Source: Poseidonia sp. (lineage in GTDB: Archaea; Thermoplasmatota; Poseidoniia; Poseidoniales; Poseidoniaceae). Taken from it: a DNA stretch of 64,000 nucleotides. The notes under the pieces were generated by a model. That model was not told where the DNA came from, made no database searches, and saw nothing but the letters and a program-made list of their open reading frames with translations. The stretch lies in contig JAUREO010000003.1 of assembly GCA_030827365.1 (NCBI GenBank), forward strand, positions 972 through 64,971, written 5' to 3'. Positions 60,554 to 64,000 of this stretch are shown in pieces; the stretch's first letter is position 1; each line of letters opens with the position of its first letter. A program made the translations under genes and the position numbers.

Positions 60554-60625
60554 ACCACTCAATGGTTGCCAATGGCTTAAGAGAATAGCGCTGTAAGTCT
60601 CGTCAACAAATGAAATCTTGAACCA

Positions 60626-61474
60626 TCAATGGTCGTGTGAAATCATACCACTCGCATCCACTGCGATAAGAACAATGGTCAGGAGTAAGGCTCCTGTTAC
60701 CACATATAGCATCGCTTTCCTTCCGGTTTCCCCATTGTGAATATCGGGGAGTGTGTCGACCGTTGCAACGTAAAGGAATGTCCCTGCTGAAAAGAGCATG
60801 GCAAGTCCAATCATGTGGTTTTCAAGATTTGATAACAAGTAATAGGCGATGAACATCATGATTGGCGTTGCTGAAGAGAAGATAACGACATCACGAATCG
60901 ATTCTTTCTTTGTTTTTCGTTCGTGCAATGAAAAAATACCAAGACTCAATGCTGCGGGTCCTTTGTGAATCAGTACGGCAAGAAGGATGGTCAAGGAGAC
61001 CGCAACTGAACCTGTTGCTGCTGCTGCACCGATAGCAATACCATCGACAGCGGCATGGAGCGTTAAACCAAAAACGAGCATCCATCCAATTGAATTGTGG
61101 TGGACATGGTCATGACCATGGTCCTCGTTATGATGGTGGTGCTCCTCGTGGATGGCATGACCAATGCCAGAACCTTCAAGAATGAGCATCATCAAAAATC
61201 CTGCTAAGATGGCACTTCCCAACATGAGAAGATGAGCCTTTTCATGTTCATCTGCTTCATCCGCCATTTCTTCAACGTGTTCTTCATCAGAAGCCAATTC
61301 AAATCCTTCGGGAATTACAACAAGAAATGCAGAGGCAATAATAATTCCAGATGCAAGGCCAGTGAACATTTTCAATCGATTTTGGTCGCTTCCAAAGTTC
61401 GATAAAATGGGGAGCAGTCCGCATACTAGGCCAATGAGAAGGGTAATGAATGCATATGTCAAGAGCGTCATCAT
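60626..61474 (-). CDS. ZIP family metal (zinc) transporter
   Basis: About 8 TM, His-rich loop 'HAIHEEHHHHNEDHGHDHVHH', 'HAAVDG', 'HKGPA', 'AGTFLYVA'. Confidence 0.93.
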   Translation of the reverse strand: MMTLLTYAFITLLIGLVCGLLPILSNFGSDQNRLKMFTGLASGIIIASAFLVVIPEGFELASDEEHVEEMADEADEHEKAHLLMLGSAILAGFLMMLILEGSGIGHAIHEEHHHHNEDHGHDHVHHNSIGWMLVFGLTLHAAVDGIAIGAAAATGSVAVSLTILLAVLIHKGPAALSLGIFSLHERKTKKESIRDVVIFSSATPIMMFIAYYLLSNLENHMIGLAMLFSAGTFLYVATVDTLPDIHNGETGRKAMLYVVTGALLLTIVLIAVDASGMISHDH

Positions 61475-61491
61475 GAAAAGAATTGGCATAA

Positions 61492-61517
61492 TAATACATA
61501 TTTAAAAAATGTTATTA
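61492..61517. promoter_or_regulatory. Candidate operator palindrome TAATA-N16-TATTA
   Basis: Lies in the short divergent intergenic region between the ZIP and NikR-like genes; spacing resembles NikR operators. Confidence 0.5.
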
Positions 61518-61539
61518 ATTTGAGGCCCAACCCGACTTC

Positions 61540-61965
61540 ATGACAAGGGTTCTTTCGTTTAGTACAGACAATCAGTTCGCTGATGAGCTTGACCGATTGA
61601 TGAATGAAAATGGATACAAGAATCGGAGCATGTTCTTACGTGATGCGAGCGTATTTTTTGCAGAGTCGCTTCAACGAGGTGATTTGCAAACCATGAAGAA
61701 TGAAGAAATTGTTGAAGGAACGCTCATCATTTACTATCAACATGGCATTGAACACAAATTGCTGAATATACGACATTCGCACGCTATCGAAGTTTTTTCT
61801 TATCACCATAATTGCCTCTCCGAGTCACATACCTGTGTTGACACATTGCAAGCCAAAGGCACTGCGCATGCACTCCGTTTGGTACTCGACCAGTTGAAAA
61901 ATACCAGCAACATCGACAGAATTCAATTTGTCACGGCGCCAAAAAGAAGTCAAGGATGTTGTTGA
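61540..61965 (+). CDS. NikR-like ribbon-helix-helix metalloregulator
   Basis: 'RVLSFS...ELDRLMNENGYKNRSMFLRDA' RHH domain plus ACT-like C-terminal domain 'GTLIIYYQH...H...HHNC...C'. Confidence 0.85.
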   Translation: MTRVLSFSTDNQFADELDRLMNENGYKNRSMFLRDASVFFAESLQRGDLQTMKNEEIVEGTLIIYYQHGIEHKLLNIRHSHAIEVFSYHHNCLSESHTCVDTLQAKGTAHALRLVLDQLKNTSNIDRIQFVTAPKRSQGCC

Positions 61966-62020
61966 TTCCCATCTATGTATTTAGGTGAAGCATAAAAACT
62001 GTTTCGATTCTTTTACCTCC

Positions 62021-63163
62021 ATGCAAACAGAGCCATCGGGGAAAGGTGGCCTTGTACAAACAGGCTCAAGAATCATTGATTTCGCAATGAATAAAATCAT
62101 CTCTCTTAGTTCAATCTTTGATACAAGATACGCACCTGCCAAAACCCGTCAAGAACGATTAAAGCGAACCAAAATGATAGGCTATGTCGCCGTTCTCCGT
62201 AGCGGTGCAATTGGTGCAATCGCAAGTGCAATTCCAATTCTCATCTTGTATAAATTCATCCTGGTTCAATATCCTCATTTGAATGCAGAAAAGAATGATG
62301 TTGTTGGTTGGAATTATATCTATCTCATTTCCGCCATTATTTTTATTTCTCTTATCGCAACCATCCTCGAATTATTGTTGTTGTATTATGATGCCATTCG
62401 GGCTGCGGGGAAAATGAATCAAGTCACTCGTCGTGATGTCCTTGCCGAATCTGAAGTAGATGAAGCCATTCAATCTGCTCTTCCAATGGGATTAACAAAA
62501 GCAGCATTGGGAATGAACAGAGACAGAAGCCATAGATTCGGGATCAACCCTATGGAAAAATCATCGAAGACTGCGGTGGCTGCAAAGGGGGCAGCGTACA
62601 GGGCTCAAGTTATTCTCATCAATGCGATGATCAAACGAATTCTTCGACGAATCCTCGCAAGGATGTTTGGAAGAACTGTCCCAAGGGCCTTTCTAGAATG
62701 GATACTTCTTCCAATTTATGTGATTTGGAACATGGTTGGGGCAACATCCGTGATGAATGAACTCATTTGTCGAGCCAATGGTAGCGAGGCAACGAAAGGC
62801 GTTCTTGATAAAATTGGAATTGACCATGCCATTTCGCAACCTTTGAGTATTTACATCAAAAATGCTATCCAGCACCATGTTCATGGAGCAAAAGCAATAC
62901 ATCCGAACATTGAATTGATTATTCTTTCCATGAAGTTCGAAGAATGCGATTTTTCACCTCATCCACCTCCTCTCAATTCGTTGAATGAATTAGAGCAACA
63001 GCAACTTTCGAAATTCATTTTGACCTTACCTTATTTGGAAACAAGAAGGACAAAACTTCATCCCGAAATGCAAGCTATAACCGAAGAAGTCTTCTCAAAA
63101 AGTGAACGCAAGCAATGGATTAAAAGTTCGAAGGCATTTATTCACCGAGGAATTGAATTCTAA
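62021..63163 (+). CDS. Hypothetical membrane protein
   Basis: About 380-aa ORF with 2-3 hydrophobic helices; no family confidently recognised. Confidence 0.75.
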   Translation: MQTEPSGKGGLVQTGSRIIDFAMNKIISLSSIFDTRYAPAKTRQERLKRTKMIGYVAVLRSGAIGAIASAIPILILYKFILVQYPHLNAEKNDVVGWNYIYLISAIIFISLIATILELLLLYYDAIRAAGKMNQVTRRDVLAESEVDEAIQSALPMGLTKAALGMNRDRSHRFGINPMEKSSKTAVAAKGAAYRAQVILINAMIKRILRRILARMFGRTVPRAFLEWILLPIYVIWNMVGATSVMNELICRANGSEATKGVLDKIGIDHAISQPLSIYIKNAIQHHVHGAKAIHPNIELIILSMKFEECDFSPHPPPLNSLNELEQQQLSKFILTLPYLETRRTKLHPEMQAITEEVFSKSERKQWIKSSKAFIHRGIEF

Positions 63164-63166
63164 GGG

Positions 63167-64000
63167 TTAACAAAGGCGACCACTTTCTTCACCATATGTG
63201 TGCATTGGTGCCTGAAAGAGAGCGTCACAATCCCTCTTTAACATCGGTAATGTGAGAACTGCCTGAGACCAATCGATAGAATAACTGCCCGCACTTACTG
63301 GTGAAGGGACATAATCATATCCAGTTTGTTGCATTTCAATGATAATGGATTCTCCAGCCTGAAGAAAAATGTCCATAGGTAAAAATTCCATTTTCCCTGT
63401 CACGGTGACGAATGGAATGAGTGCTTCTTGTCCATCTCGGCCGCCGTCATAAAATCGGAAATCCATCACAGCATGTCCCAAGTGCATTCCACTGCTGTCT
63501 GTCATCTCAAGATATCCATGTGCCCCATTCGTGGTGTGGGGCGTAACTGGAATGTGAAATGTTGGCATACCTACAATGTACACATCTTCATCAAATGGAC
63601 CGTAGGTCATCGTTATTGTGTCGGTTACACTCATCCCTGCCCCACTGGGATTCATGTCCGAAGCCACGATTTCAACGTAGGTTGTATCGATTGGAGGATA
63701 CGTGTCTTCGAACCGCCAACCTCCTCTGTTGTCCTGCATTTCAACACCGAGGACGGGGGGTTCACCTTCACCTTTGAGATACCAATTGAACCAATACAAC
63801 ATCTCATCAGCCCAGTCCCAACGTAATGTGTAAGGATAGGCTTCTTGCCCTTCTCCGGGTGGAAGCGCGGCATGACCTGAAGCCCTGTCTGGATAATCGT
63901 GTGCCCATTGGCCAGCGAGGGTTTTGATTTCTATGCCTGCGTTTTCGATGATTTGGTGCGTAGGAAAAGCCATGTGAGGGTCAACGTTCCAATCTTGCAT
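63167..64000 (-). CDS. CocE/NonD (S15 Xaa-Pro dipeptidyl-peptidase-like) hydrolase, C-terminal part (partial)
   Basis: 'QDWNVDP', 'GQWAH', 'WFNWYLKG', 'WRFEDTYPP', followed by a jelly-roll-like tail; continues past the right edge. Confidence 0.8.
   Translation of the reverse strand: MQDWNVDPHMAFPTHQIIENAGIEIKTLAGQWAHDYPDRASGHAALPPGEGQEAYPYTLRWDWADEMLYWFNWYLKGEGEPPVLGVEMQDNRGGWRFEDTYPPIDTTYVEIVASDMNPSGAGMSVTDTITMTYGPFDEDVYIVGMPTFHIPVTPHTTNGAHGYLEMTDSSGMHLGHAVMDFRFYDGGRDGQEALIPFVTVTGKMEFLPMDIFLQAGESIIIEMQQTGYDYVPSPVSAGSYSIDWSQAVLTLPMLKRDCDALFQAPMHTYGEESGRLC

Overview
Gene-dense archaeal chromosomal segment, most consistent with Marine Group II Euryarchaeota (Ca. Poseidoniales, Thermoplasmatota). 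This is inferred from the euryarchaeal archaellum operon, Nob1, the SAMP/MoaD protein, the intronless CCA-less tRNA-Glu, GGTGA/GGAGG Shine-Dalgarno motifs, giant surface proteins with DxDxDG and Ig-like repeats, and many bacterial-type genes. About 50 CDS and 1 tRNA were found, with no CRISPR array, integrase or transposase. Main content: an FtsX-type ABC exporter, a Liv-type ABC importer with a fused giant permease, a thiol/quinone redox cluster (GST-omega, pirin, FMN reductase, glutaredoxin), a K+-dependent membrane pyrophosphatase, PolX-PHP, Nth, a complete arlB-B-CDE-F-G-H-I-J operon preceded by three coupled unknown genes, a fused aconitase X, TrhO, NadE, IleRS, a MutS-like ATPase and a ZIP/NikR-like pair. 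Most notable observations: (1) a NikR-fold regulator with a His-to-Cys altered metal site, divergent from a ZIP9-like transporter across a TAATA-N16-TATTA palindrome (candidate zinc-sensing system); (2) a PolX whose third catalytic Asp is Gln; (3) IleRS with a swapped GIHH signature motif; (4) aconitase X fused in large-then-small order; (5) a hairpin after the archaellins that can hide the next ribosome-binding site; (6) a non-canonical TATA-like box about 28-33 nt upstream of many first genes. All family calls are by motif recognition only; no searches were run.
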